This document shows positions 27,361 through 34,070 of a stretch of 34,070 nucleotides of DNA, in pieces. Where the stretch lies: assembly GCA_017554835.1 (NCBI GenBank), contig JAFZHO010000022.1:1-34070 (forward strand), written 5' to 3'. The notes under the pieces were generated by a model. That model made no database searches, was not told where the DNA came from, and was given only the letters and a program-made list of their open reading frames with translations. Position numbers and translations under genes: made by a program. The DNA comes from Clostridia bacterium (GTDB lineage: Bacteria > Bacillota > Clostridia > Oscillospirales > RGIG7773). Each line of letters begins with the position of its first letter. Positions within the stretch are counted from its first letter, which is position 1.

Positions 27361-27390
27361 CCATATATGGACTTTTTAGACCATATATGG
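27361..27390. promoter_or_regulatory. Two copies of the perfect palindrome CCATATATGG (candidate operator of XRE copy A)
   Basis: CCATATATGG occurs at 27361-27370 and 27381-27390, 20 bp centre to centre, each preceded by GA. The second overlaps an extended -10-like TGgTAAACT (27388-27396). Confidence 0.45.
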
Positions 27391-27415
27391 TAAACTTGGT
27401 TAGGCGGTGATTTTT

Positions 27416-27547
27416 ATGTATAAAAATACCTGTTGTTTTTTCGGTCATAGGATAATAAATGAAACGGAAGAACTTAAATCAAAGCTTATTGATATAATTG
27501 AGAAACCTGAAATAAGCTTTTATATGATTATGCTTAAAAAATATTAA
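27416..27547 (+). pseudogene. Truncated 5' remnant of a SLOG/DUF1273-like gene (43 codons)
   Basis: Encodes MYKNTCCFFGHRIINETEELKSKLIDIIEK, which parallels MKDKTCCFFGHRNISETEDLKSKLIEIIEK of the intact gene at 27963. After the duplication junction (27505/27506) the frame reads PEISFYMIMLKKY and stops. It is below the ORF-track length cutoff. Confidence 0.65.
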
Positions 27548-27580
27548 AACTCTCTGCCGAATTTTAGCAGAGAGTCTTTA
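27547..27580. terminator. Terminator hairpin (duplicate of the ackA terminator) downstream of XRE copy B
   Basis: ACTCTCTGC-cgaatttta-GCAGAGAGT. On the minus strand it is followed by TTTTAATATTTTTT. Confidence 0.6.
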
Positions 27581-27591
27581 TTGATAAAATA

Positions 27592-27834
27592 TTATTTAAT
27601 TTCTTGTTCTAAGGTTTTGTAGGTTTCGGTATTAAAAAAATCATAAAGGGATATTTCTAATCCGTCGCATAATTTTTTGATAGTAACAATGCCGGGATTT
27701 TGGCTTTTCTCATTCAAAACACTGTAAAGAGTGGACGGAGATATTCCTGCTATATTTGCTAAAGCGTTTATTGCAATATCCTTCTGACCACATAACTCGA
27801 TAATGCGGTTTGCAACGGCATTTTTAGTATTCAT
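27592..27834 (-). CDS. XRE-family helix-turn-helix transcriptional regulator (copy B)
   Basis: The likely start is the ATG at 27834 (MNTKNAVANRI, RBS GAGGTGA), not 27858. 80 aa. HTH IAINALANIAGISPSTLYSVLNE. Confidence 0.85.
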   Translation of the reverse strand: MNTKNAVANRIIELCGQKDIAINALANIAGISPSTLYSVLNEKSQNPGIVTIKKLCDGLEISLYDFFNTETYKTLEQEIK

Positions 27835-27881
27835 AATTTCACCTCTACAACATATCATTGATATAATTTTATAAAAATATT

Positions 27882-27943
27882 CGATATATCGTGTGGGATA
27901 TATCGCAAAGTTGAAATGCTTGTGTTATAATTACGATATATCG
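27882..27943. promoter_or_regulatory. Three copies of the (C/G)GATATATCG palindrome (candidate operator of XRE copy B), flanking the SLOG-gene promoter
   Basis: CGATATATCG at 27882-27891, GGATATATCG at 27896-27905 and CGATATATCG at 27934-27943. An extended -10 TGtTATAAT lies at 27923-27931, immediately upstream of the third site. Confidence 0.45.
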
Positions 27944-27962
27944 CACGTGGCGAGGTGGAAAT

Positions 27963-28442
27963 ATGAAAGACAAAACCTGTTGTTTTTTCGGTCATAGAAA
28001 TATAAGTGAAACAGAAGATCTTAAATCAAAGCTTATCGAAATAATTGAGAAATTGATAGTAGAAGAAAAAGTCGATACCTTTCTTTTTGGAAGTAAGAGC
28101 CGTTTTAACAGCTTTTGTCTAGAAGCTATGGCTGAAATAAAAGAAAAATACCCCCACATAAAACGAGTCTATGTGAGAACTGTATATCCTTATATAAGTG
28201 AGCACTATAAAGATTATTTGCTTGAAAGTTACGAGGACACCTATTACCCCGAAAAGATAGTGAATTCGGGCAGGGCGTCCTACGTCGAACGTAATTATGA
28301 GATGATAGATAATAGTCACTATTGTATAGTGTATTACGATGAACCTTGCGCACCGACCACCCGCAAAAGCGGCACCAAAATCGCCTTGGATTACGCTATA
28401 AAAAAAGAAAAACGCATTACGAATATTGCCTCCACTGTGTAA
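27963..28442 (+). CDS. SLOG superfamily / DUF1273 (YpsA-like) protein
   Basis: 159 aa. The N-terminus TCCFFGHR is typical of the clostridial DUF1273/SLOG group. Overall collinearity with YpsA: FLFGS...EAMAEIKEKYPHIKRVYV...YP...ERNYEMIDNSHYCIVYYDE...SGT. RBS GAGGTGGA. The last five codons and the stop lie inside a GC-rich repeat. Confidence 0.65.
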   Translation: MKDKTCCFFGHRNISETEDLKSKLIEIIEKLIVEEKVDTFLFGSKSRFNSFCLEAMAEIKEKYPHIKRVYVRTVYPYISEHYKDYLLESYEDTYYPEKIVNSGRASYVERNYEMIDNSHYCIVYYDEPCAPTTRKSGTKIALDYAIKKEKRITNIASTV

Positions 28443-28572
28443 GGGGAGGTGGATTTTTGCGGAGCAAAAAGACGGAGGGGTTGTTTTTTTATTTTCCTTT
28501 GATTTTCATAGAATATATAACAATCCTCCCGTCACGCCTTGTGGCGTGCCACCCTCCTTTACACAAGGAGGG
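28429..28572. repeat. Inverted pair of ~55-nt GC-rich composite hairpin elements around a 35-nt AT-rich spacer
   Basis: Copy 1 (28429-28484): CCTCCactgTGTAAgGGGAGGTGG, an internal hairpin (TTTTGC-gga-GCAAAA), then GACGGAGGGGTTGT. Copy 2 (28520-28572), read as its reverse complement: CCCTCCttgTGTAAaGGAGGGTGG, a hairpin (ACGCC-acaa-GGCGT), then GACGGGAGGATTGT. Confidence 0.7.
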
Positions 28573-28609
28573 CTTTTCTTTGGGTGGAAAGTGAATCGTC
28601 TGATTATTC

Positions 28610-28679
28610 GGAACGCATAAATGCGTTCCCTACAATATGATTTCGTTCAACACCGTAGGGGCGGATTCTATATCCGCCC
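28610..28679. repeat. Two REP-like GTAG-prefixed GC-rich hairpins in head-to-head orientation
   Basis: Minus strand: GTAG-GGAACGCAT-tt-ATGCGTTCC (28610-28633). Plus strand: GTAG-GGGCGGA-ttctata-TCCGCCC (28655-28679). A degenerate GGGCGATTCGCAGTCCC follows at 28688-28704. Confidence 0.65.
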
Positions 28680-28757
28680 GCAAAAACGGGCGATTCGCAG
28701 TCCCACCTAAAAAGCTCAGCATTTCGTGGATATTTATTTTTTTACAAAAATTATTTG

Positions 28758-28786
28758 TTGACCTTTTTTATGATAAAATATATAAT
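28758..28786 (+). promoter_or_regulatory. Sigma-A type promoter of the cinA-C/DUF1385/prmC operon
   Basis: TTGACC (28758-28763), 17 nt spacer, TATAAT (28781-28786). It lies inside the 5' part of ORF 28755..29300, which argues for a later start. Confidence 0.6.
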
Positions 28787-28820
28787 AAAATTAAGAAGAT
28801 TATCTAAGGCGGTGATTTTT

Positions 28821-29300
28821 TTGTATTCGGAAAAGCTTGTTAAACTTCTTATTGAAAAAAACTTAAAAATATCAAGCTGCGAATCCTGCACGGGTGGGCT
28901 TGTTTCCAAAAAGATAACGGAAGTTTCAGGCGCTTCGGGGATTTTTGAGTTCGGGGCAGTTACCTACGCCAACGAGTTTAAAAACCTTGTTGCAAAGGTT
29001 TCGGAAATAACGTTAAAAAATCACGGTGCAGTTTCTTCTCAGTGTGCCTTTGAGATGGCAAAGGGAATAAAAGAATTTTCCAAAAGTCATATAGGGATTT
29101 CCACTACGGGAATCGCAGGACCATCGGGGGGAACAAAAGAAAAACCCGTTGGGCTCGTTTTTATCTGCGTTTATTCTGATAAAGGTTATGAAATTAAGGA
29201 AAACCGTTTTGGCGAGAACCTTTCAAGAGAAGAAATCAGAGAGCTTTCCGCGGAAGAAATACTGAAAATTGCAGTTGAACATATAGAAAGATATTACTAA
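28821..29300 (+). CDS. CinA C-terminal domain protein (PncC-type nicotinamide-nucleotide amidohydrolase family)
   Basis: The probable start is the TTG at 28821 (RBS AAGGCGGTGA), downstream of the promoter. The ESCTGGL motif (SSCESCTGGLVS) and GISTTGIAGPSGG are CinA-C hallmarks. Confidence 0.82.
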   Translation: MYSEKLVKLLIEKNLKISSCESCTGGLVSKKITEVSGASGIFEFGAVTYANEFKNLVAKVSEITLKNHGAVSSQCAFEMAKGIKEFSKSHIGISTTGIAGPSGGTKEKPVGLVFICVYSDKGYEIKENRFGENLSREEIRELSAEEILKIAVEHIERYY

Positions 29301-29330
29301 AGTGATTGCCACTTTTATAAGGAGTAAAAA

Positions 29331-30281
29331 ATGAAAGAAAAATGTTGTTTCAAAACTTCAATAGGCGGTCAGGCCCTTATTGAAGGAATAATGATGAAAG
29401 GTCCGTCAAAAACCTCTGTTGCAGTGAGAACTCCCGACGGGTCAATAGACGTTAAAACAGAAAATAATAAAACAAAACTTAAAACCCTTCGGAAAATACC
29501 TTTTATCCGTGGGATATTCAATATGATTTTTTCTCTTACCGAGGGGTATAAATATCTTAACTATTCCATCGAAAAATCAGGTCTTGAACTTGAAGATGAA
29601 GAGCCATCAAAATTCGAAAAATGGCTCACAAAGGTTTTCGGCGATAATCTTACTAAAGTGGTAGTAGTTATCGGGTCTGTTCTTGGAGTGGCATTATCCT
29701 TATTTTTATTTATGTTTATTCCAAGTTTCATAACCTCTCTTTTGAGTAAATTATTCAAAGAGGGATATACCGATTTTCTCAAAACTCTTACCGAGGGAAT
29801 TATCAAAATGATAATATTCCTTTGCTATATGGCATCGGTTTCTCTGATGGAGGATATTAAAAGAGTTTTTATGTATCACGGGGCTGAGCATAAATCAATT
29901 CACTGCTACGAAAAGGGTCTTGATTTGACCGTTGAAAACGTGAGAGAATGCAGTCGTTTTCATAAACGTTGCGGAACGTCTTTTATTTTCCTTGTGCTTT
30001 TAATCAGTATCGTTTTATTCTCCGTGCTTAATATTACCTGGGGAAATATTCTTTTCCGCGTTTTGATAAAGACGCTTTGTCTGCCTCTTATTGCGGGAAT
30101 TGCTTTTGAAATTATAAAAATTGCAGGAAGATTTGATAACTTTATAACGGATATTATTTCTGCACCGGGACTATATCTTCAAAGACTTACAACAAAAGAG
30201 CCCGACGATTCTATGATAGAGGTTGCCATCGAAGCGCTTAAAGAGGTGCTTCCCGAAAAAGGTGAAGACGATAAATGGTAA
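29331..30281 (+). CDS. DUF1385 (YqhQ-like) membrane protein
   Basis: 316 aa. IGGQALIEGIMMKGP at the N-terminus plus YHGAEHK and RCGTSF motifs. The position directly upstream of prmC is typical of Firmicutes. Confidence 0.8.
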   Translation: MKEKCCFKTSIGGQALIEGIMMKGPSKTSVAVRTPDGSIDVKTENNKTKLKTLRKIPFIRGIFNMIFSLTEGYKYLNYSIEKSGLELEDEEPSKFEKWLTKVFGDNLTKVVVVIGSVLGVALSLFLFMFIPSFITSLLSKLFKEGYTDFLKTLTEGIIKMIIFLCYMASVSLMEDIKRVFMYHGAEHKSIHCYEKGLDLTVENVRECSRFHKRCGTSFIFLVLLISIVLFSVLNITWGNILFRVLIKTLCLPLIAGIAFEIIKIAGRFDNFITDIISAPGLYLQRLTTKEPDDSMIEVAIEALKEVLPEKGEDDKW

Positions 30282-31135
30282 AAGTTTTTGAGCTTAAAAA
30301 CATAATCCGAAATAGATTAGAAGAAAGCGGAGTTTATAACTCCGCTTTTGAAACGCAGGAGATACTATGCCATCTTCTCTCCTGCAAAAAGGAAAAACTT
30401 ATTGGAATTCTGAATACGGAAATCTCCCACGAGGTTTATGAAAAAGGGCTTGAAATCCTTGAAAAAAGAGAAAAGGGTTACCCTCTTCAATATATAATCG
30501 GTCGGTGGGATTTTATGGGGCTTTCTCTTAATATTTTTGAGGGAGTTCTGATTTTTCGGCCTGATACGGAGTGTATCTGCGAAAAGGCGATTGAGTTTTT
30601 AAAAGAAAGGAAAAACCCAAAAATTCTTGACCTTTGCGCAGGGTCGGGGTGCATTGGGATTTCTCTTTTGCATTATGTTTCGGGGTCTTGTTGCGATTTT
30701 GTTGACCTTTTTGAAAAACCTGTTGAATGCATTAAATCCAATTTGAAGCTTCATAATCTTGAAGATAGATCAGAGGTTTTCAGAAAAGATATTCTTTCGG
30801 GGCTTTCTTTTCTTTCGCGGAAATATAGTTTGATTATTTCGAACCCGCCTTATATCGAAAAAGGGGACACCCGCTTAGAAGAAAACGTTTTGAAATACGA
30901 GCCGAAAACTGCTCTTTTTGCGGAAAATAAGGGCCTTGAATTTTATGAGAGCATTTGCGAAAATAGCTATGATTTTCTTGAAGAAGATGGAAAACTTATT
31001 TTCGAGATAGGTCAGGGTCAGCAAAACGAAGTTATTAAAATAGCCGGGAAAAAGGGTTTTGAATTTTTGGAATTTATTTATGATATTCAGGGGATTATCA
31101 GAGGTTTAGTTTTTACACGGGGGAATAAAATTTGA
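30275..31135 (+). CDS. prmC: Peptide chain release factor N5-glutamine methyltransferase
   Basis: 286 aa. PLQYIIGRWDFMG, the SAM-binding motif LDLCAGSGCIG and the catalytic NPPY motif (ISNPPYI). The ATG overlaps the DUF1385 stop. Confidence 0.9.
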   Translation: MVKVFELKNIIRNRLEESGVYNSAFETQEILCHLLSCKKEKLIGILNTEISHEVYEKGLEILEKREKGYPLQYIIGRWDFMGLSLNIFEGVLIFRPDTECICEKAIEFLKERKNPKILDLCAGSGCIGISLLHYVSGSCCDFVDLFEKPVECIKSNLKLHNLEDRSEVFRKDILSGLSFLSRKYSLIISNPPYIEKGDTRLEENVLKYEPKTALFAENKGLEFYESICENSYDFLEEDGKLIFEIGQGQQNEVIKIAGKKGFEFLEFIYDIQGIIRGLVFTRGNKI

Positions 31136-34070
31136 AAAAAATAATCAGTTTTTTTATGGCGGTTGTTATGATTTTATGTAACTTTTCTGCTATTTGCGTA
31201 TTTGCGGCAGAAGAGGGAATGGGAACTATTGATGCCGTTACCGAGGAGACGATTTCCGAGGGATTAAGTTATAAAACCGTCAGAGCAACCCACTCAAAGC
31301 ATGGCATTCAGACTGCCTACGTTATGGAACTTTCGGACAGGCGAAATATTCTGCCTACGGTGGCCGTTAATAATAATATTCGCTCTTCAAGCAGAATGAC
31401 CACGAAAATCAAAAACGAAACGGAAAAAGGCAAAAAGGTTTTTGGCGGAGTTAACGGAGACTTTTTTGCAATGGCAACGGGAATTCCTCTTGGAAGCGTT
31501 ATTGAAAACAAAGAGGTTCTCTCAGCGGGAACAGATGCAAACGCTATCGGATTTCGCGCAAATGGAACGGTAGTTATCGGCAGGGCGGATTTTAATATTT
31601 CCATGACTATCGGAAAAACCTCCTACGACGTGGATTATCTTAATAAAAATGCTTCAAAATGGGGACTTTATCTTCTTACGGACAGATACCAGTCAACCAC
31701 CAAAGGCGATGGAACATACGGCACCGAAATCGTTATAAGAGTTGATTCGGGGGTTTTGAAACTTTCGGAAGAGGTTTCGGGAACCGTTGTTGACGTGAGG
31801 AAAAATACGAATTCAAATATAATTCAAAAAAATCACATGGTGCTTTTCGTGCCAAATATTGATTCTGATATAAATAAGGCAAATAATACTCTAGTTGGCG
31901 AAAAAGTCACCTTAAAGGTAACTGACGATTCGGGACTTTGGAAAGACGTTACTCAGATGATTGGCGGAGGGGATATTTTAGTCAAAAACGGACAGGTTCA
32001 GTCCGGTTTTGATAGCAGTATCTCGGGAAAAACAAGCCGTACCGCCGCAGGAGTTAAAGAAGATGGAACCATAGTTCTTTTTGCTCTTGATAAAAAAGAA
32101 GGGCTTTCAAACGGGCTTGATTTAAAATCCGTTGCAGAATATTTAAAAAGTATGGGCTGCATAACGGCCATTAACCTTGATGGCGGCGGATCAACTACCA
32201 TGCATATTCGCAAGGGGGATGCCTTAAAAATCGTTAATAACCCACTTGATGGTTCGGAAAGGTCAGTTACAAACGGGATTATTTTTGTTTCCAGAGATAG
32301 CCAAAACCAGTTATATCTCTCAATGGGAAGCGATGCCTTATACCTTGCCTCAAACTCCGTATATACGGATAAGGTATATGGAGTTCGTGACGGCGTTAAA
32401 TGGGATATCTCCGATAAAGTCAGCTATTCCTACGAGGGAACAGGGGCAAAGGTAAACAAAAATCAGATCATAGCAGATAATAAAGACGGAAAAGGCGTTC
32501 TTACTGCCACTTATGACGGAAAAAGCGCAAAAAGAAACGTTGAAATAGTTTCAAAAGCCGATAATATAATTATGGCGGGCAGTATGGATTCCCAAATGAA
32601 CATAAAAGCGGGAACGTCAAAAATCTTTCAGTTCTTTGCTTATAAAGAGGGAAAGGTAATAGCGTCTTCCCAGAATGCCTTCAAAGGAGAGATTTCTGGC
32701 GATATCGGAAAATATGATAATTCCACGGGGCAGTTTTTCGCAACGGAGTTCTATAAAAAAGGAAAGCTGAAACTTACGGGACTTTCTACCGAGAGGGTTT
32801 TTGATATAACCGTGGGGCAAAGGCCATTTATTATAGAGGACTTTGAAGAGGGCGGCACCCTTGATATAACATACGAAAAAGAAGACCTTGAAGCCACCTT
32901 TGAAAGACAAAGAGATTTGATAAAAGGTGCGTATAGCGGAAAAATCTCCTATAACGTAAAAGGAGATAAAGAGGAAATTATAAAAGTTTATCTCCCTGAA
33001 AAAGTTGATATATCAAAAGGAAAAAATCTATCCTTTCAGATGGCGGGAGAAGGGGTTTTCTCTTTCAATATAGATACTGAGGGCTTTGGTGATTACTCGT
33101 TCTACTATGAAGAAAAAGCAAATCCTGATGCCTTTGAAACTTATGATATGGATATAGTTTCCCAACTTGGAAAATGCCAGTTATATAATATTCTTGAACT
33201 TAAGGTCAAAGGTCAGGGAGAAATTTATATCGATGATATTCTTCTTGAAACCGACGGGATAATGAATAACGATACTATGCCTGAAATAAAATTTTCCACT
33301 TCTCTTGATAACATTCAAAAAGGGGATTTAATAAAATTCAAGGTAGAAAAACCTATCGACCAGTATGAAGTTATAGTAAATCATACTCAGGCGTTTATAA
33401 ACGAGGTTCCCGTTACCGTGACATATAAAAACGGGGAATATAGTATTCCCGTTTTGAATGAGTTTGATAGAGGATATGCCGTTTTGGAAATTATTGCAAG
33501 GGATAGAAGCGGAAATCATATCAGAAAAAATTATATCCTCAAGGGAAACAAGGCACCAACGGAATATACGCCCTATTCAGATACCAAAGATAATTGGGCC
33601 TACGATTATATAGAACTTGCAACGTCGAGAAAGCTTATGAAGGGCTCTGATGGAAAATTTTATCCCGAGAATAATCTGACAAGATACGAGTTTGCTCAGT
33701 TTATATCAAATTATTACGATCTATGGGAGAATTTTGAATATAATGTCTCTGAAGAAATTTCTTATGAGGATTTTGAAAAAATTCCCGACTGGGCAAAAAA
33801 AGCAGTTGCAAAAATGCATAAAAAAGGGATAATGGTGGGAAAAGAAACTTCCGATGGCGTTTATTTTAACGGTGATGACTACGTTACAAGGGCAGAGGTT
33901 ATAACCGCAATAGGCAGAATCGTTGATAATAAGATTTTCCAAAGGGAAGTAAATTATACCGATATGAATAAAGTTCCCGACTGGGCGAAAAAATACGTTT
34001 CTGTATGTTCGGGGCTCTCTATTGTTAAAGGTTATCCCGAAGGGGATATAAGACCTAATCAGAACATTAA
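31132..34070 (+). CDS. Secreted phosphodiester glycosidase (DUF2233/NAGPA-like) protein with C-terminal SLH domains; 3' end lies outside the window
   Basis: My manual translation is open from the TTG at 31132 to the window end, with no in-frame stop. That is why it is absent from the ORF track. The TTG overlaps the prmC TGA (ATTTGAAA) and GGGGGA lies 8 nt upstream. Signal peptide (M)KKIISFFMAVVMILCNFSAICVFA. DUF2233 motifs: GVNGDFF, GGGDILVKNG, RTAAGVKEDGTIVLFALD, AINLDGGGSTTM. SLH motifs from about 33570: DNWAYDYIE, IPDWAKKAV, VPDWAKKYV. Confidence 0.8.
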   Translation, partial: MKKIISFFMAVVMILCNFSAICVFAAEEGMGTIDAVTEETISEGLSYKTVRATHSKHGIQTAYVMELSDRRNILPTVAVNNNIRSSSRMTTKIKNETEKGKKVFGGVNGDFFAMATGIPLGSVIENKEVLSAGTDANAIGFRANGTVVIGRADFNISMTIGKTSYDVDYLNKNASKWGLYLLTDRYQSTTKGDGTYGTEIVIRVDSGVLKLSEEVSGTVVDVRKNTNSNIIQKNHMVLFVPNIDSDINKANNTLVGEKVTLKVTDDSGLWKDVTQMIGGGDILVKNGQVQSGFDSSISGKTSRTAAGVKEDGTIVLFALDKKEGLSNGLDLKSVAEYLKSMGCITAINLDGGGSTTMHIRKGDALKIVNNPLDGSERSVTNGIIFVSRDSQNQLYLSMGSDALYLASNSVYTDKVYGVRDGVKWDISDKVSYSYEGTGAKVNKNQIIADNKDGKGVLTATYDGKSAKRNVEIVSKADNIIMAGSMDSQMNIKAGTSKIFQFFAYKEGKVIASSQNAFKGEISGDIGKYDNSTGQFFATEFYKKGKLKLTGLSTERVFDITVGQRPFIIEDFEEGGTLDITYEKEDLEATFERQRDLIKGAYSGKISYNVKGDKEEIIKVYLPEKVDISKGKNLSFQMAGEGVFSFNIDTEGFGDYSFYYEEKANPDAFETYDMDIVSQLGKCQLYNILELKVKGQGEIYIDDILLETDGIMNNDTMPEIKFSTSLDNIQKGDLIKFKVEKPIDQYEVIVNHTQAFINEVPVTVTYKNGEYSIPVLNEFDRGYAVLEIIARDRSGNHIRKNYILKGNKAPTEYTPYSDTKDNWAYDYIELATSRKLMKGSDGKFYPENNLTRYEFAQFISNYYDLWENFEYNVSEEISYEDFEKIPDWAKKAVAKMHKKGIMVGKETSDGVYFNGDDYVTRAEVITAIGRIVDNKIFQREVNYTDMNKVPDWAKKYVSVCSGLSIVKGYPEGDIRPNQNI

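Larger units (their letters stand above)
26989..28052. repeat. Diverged tandem duplication of two units (26989-27505 and 27508-28052)
   Basis: Each unit carries TGAAATAAG (the last 9 nt around the ackA stop), then AAAACTCTCTGCC...GCAGAGAG terminator hairpin. It continues with an XRE gene on the minus strand, a divergent intergenic region and the first ~30 codons of a SLOG-like gene (ACCTGTTGTTTTTTCGGTCATAG...CTTAAATCAAAGCTTAT...ATAATTGAGAAA). Confidence 0.75.

Noticed and set aside
27402-27421. 19-of-20 nt match between AGGCGGTGATTTTTaTGTAT (27402-27421, start of the truncated SLOG remnant) and AGGCGGTGATTTTTtTGTAT (28807-28826, start of the cinA-C gene); possible flanking direct repeats of an inserted ~1.4-kb segment
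   Set aside because: Both are RBS plus T-rich spacer plus start-codon contexts, which are compositionally constrained. A 14-nt exact match is not improbable in 34 kb of AT-rich sequence. Without comparative genomes showing an empty site, I cannot call it a target duplication or recombination scar.
28346-28620. ORFs 28346..28594 (82 aa) and 28426..28620 (64 aa)
   Set aside because: They translate straight through the GC-rich hairpin repeats (MPPLCKGRW.., ..HPPLHKEGF..), have no RBS, and one overlaps the end of the SLOG gene. I treat them as repeat-derived artefacts, not genes.
28755-28820. The first 22 codons of ORF 28755..29300 (MLTFFMIKYIIKLRRLSKAVIF)
   Set aside because: A near-consensus promoter (TTGACC-17-TATAAT, 28758-28786) sits inside this stretch. 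A good RBS precedes the in-frame TTG at 28821, which gives a typical CinA-C N-terminus.
31317-33942. Five minus-strand ORFs (31317..31604, 31998..32213, 32617..32910, 33328..33519, 33721..33942) and plus-strand 32246..32455
   Set aside because: All fall inside, antisense to or out of frame with the long open-ended plus-strand gene starting at 31132. That gene has clear DUF2233 and SLH motifs.

Overview
AT-rich, Firmicutes/Clostridia-type chromosomal segment with TTGACA/TATAAT promoters, GGAGG-type ribosome-binding sites, a T-box leader and SLH-anchored surface proteins. Most of it is core metabolism. From left to right: an aromatic amino-acid fermentation operon (iorA (5' partial)-iorB-paaK-ACT-aminotransferase), an orphan ABC-type ATPase, a large BspA-type LRR/SLH surface protein, and a TIGR02206-like membrane protein. 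Then nadA-nadB-nadC-niaR, a split chromate-transporter pair, an SGNH hydrolase, and an orphan trpB behind a Trp (UGG) T-box. Then a PsiE-like / lipid-kinase / CN-hydrolase-GDPD fusion operon, a 1473-aa secreted discoidin/DUF4434-like/CBM9-like protein, a small membrane protein, tmcAL and ackA. The window ends with a CinA-C/PncC-like gene, DUF1385, prmC and an SLH-anchored phosphodiester glycosidase. That last gene runs off the window end and is missing from the ORF track. I see no integrase, transposase, CRISPR/cas or recognisable defence gene. The least ordinary stretch is about 26.99-28.75 kb. It holds a diverged tandem duplication of an XRE-regulator / SLOG(DUF1273-like) divergent gene pair. 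One SLOG copy is truncated to 43 codons, and each copy has its own palindromic candidate operator (CCATATATGG versus CGATATATCG). Immediately after it comes a cluster of GC-rich REP-like hairpin repeats, one of which supplies the intact SLOG gene's stop codon. All protein family calls come from motif recognition by eye; no searches were run.
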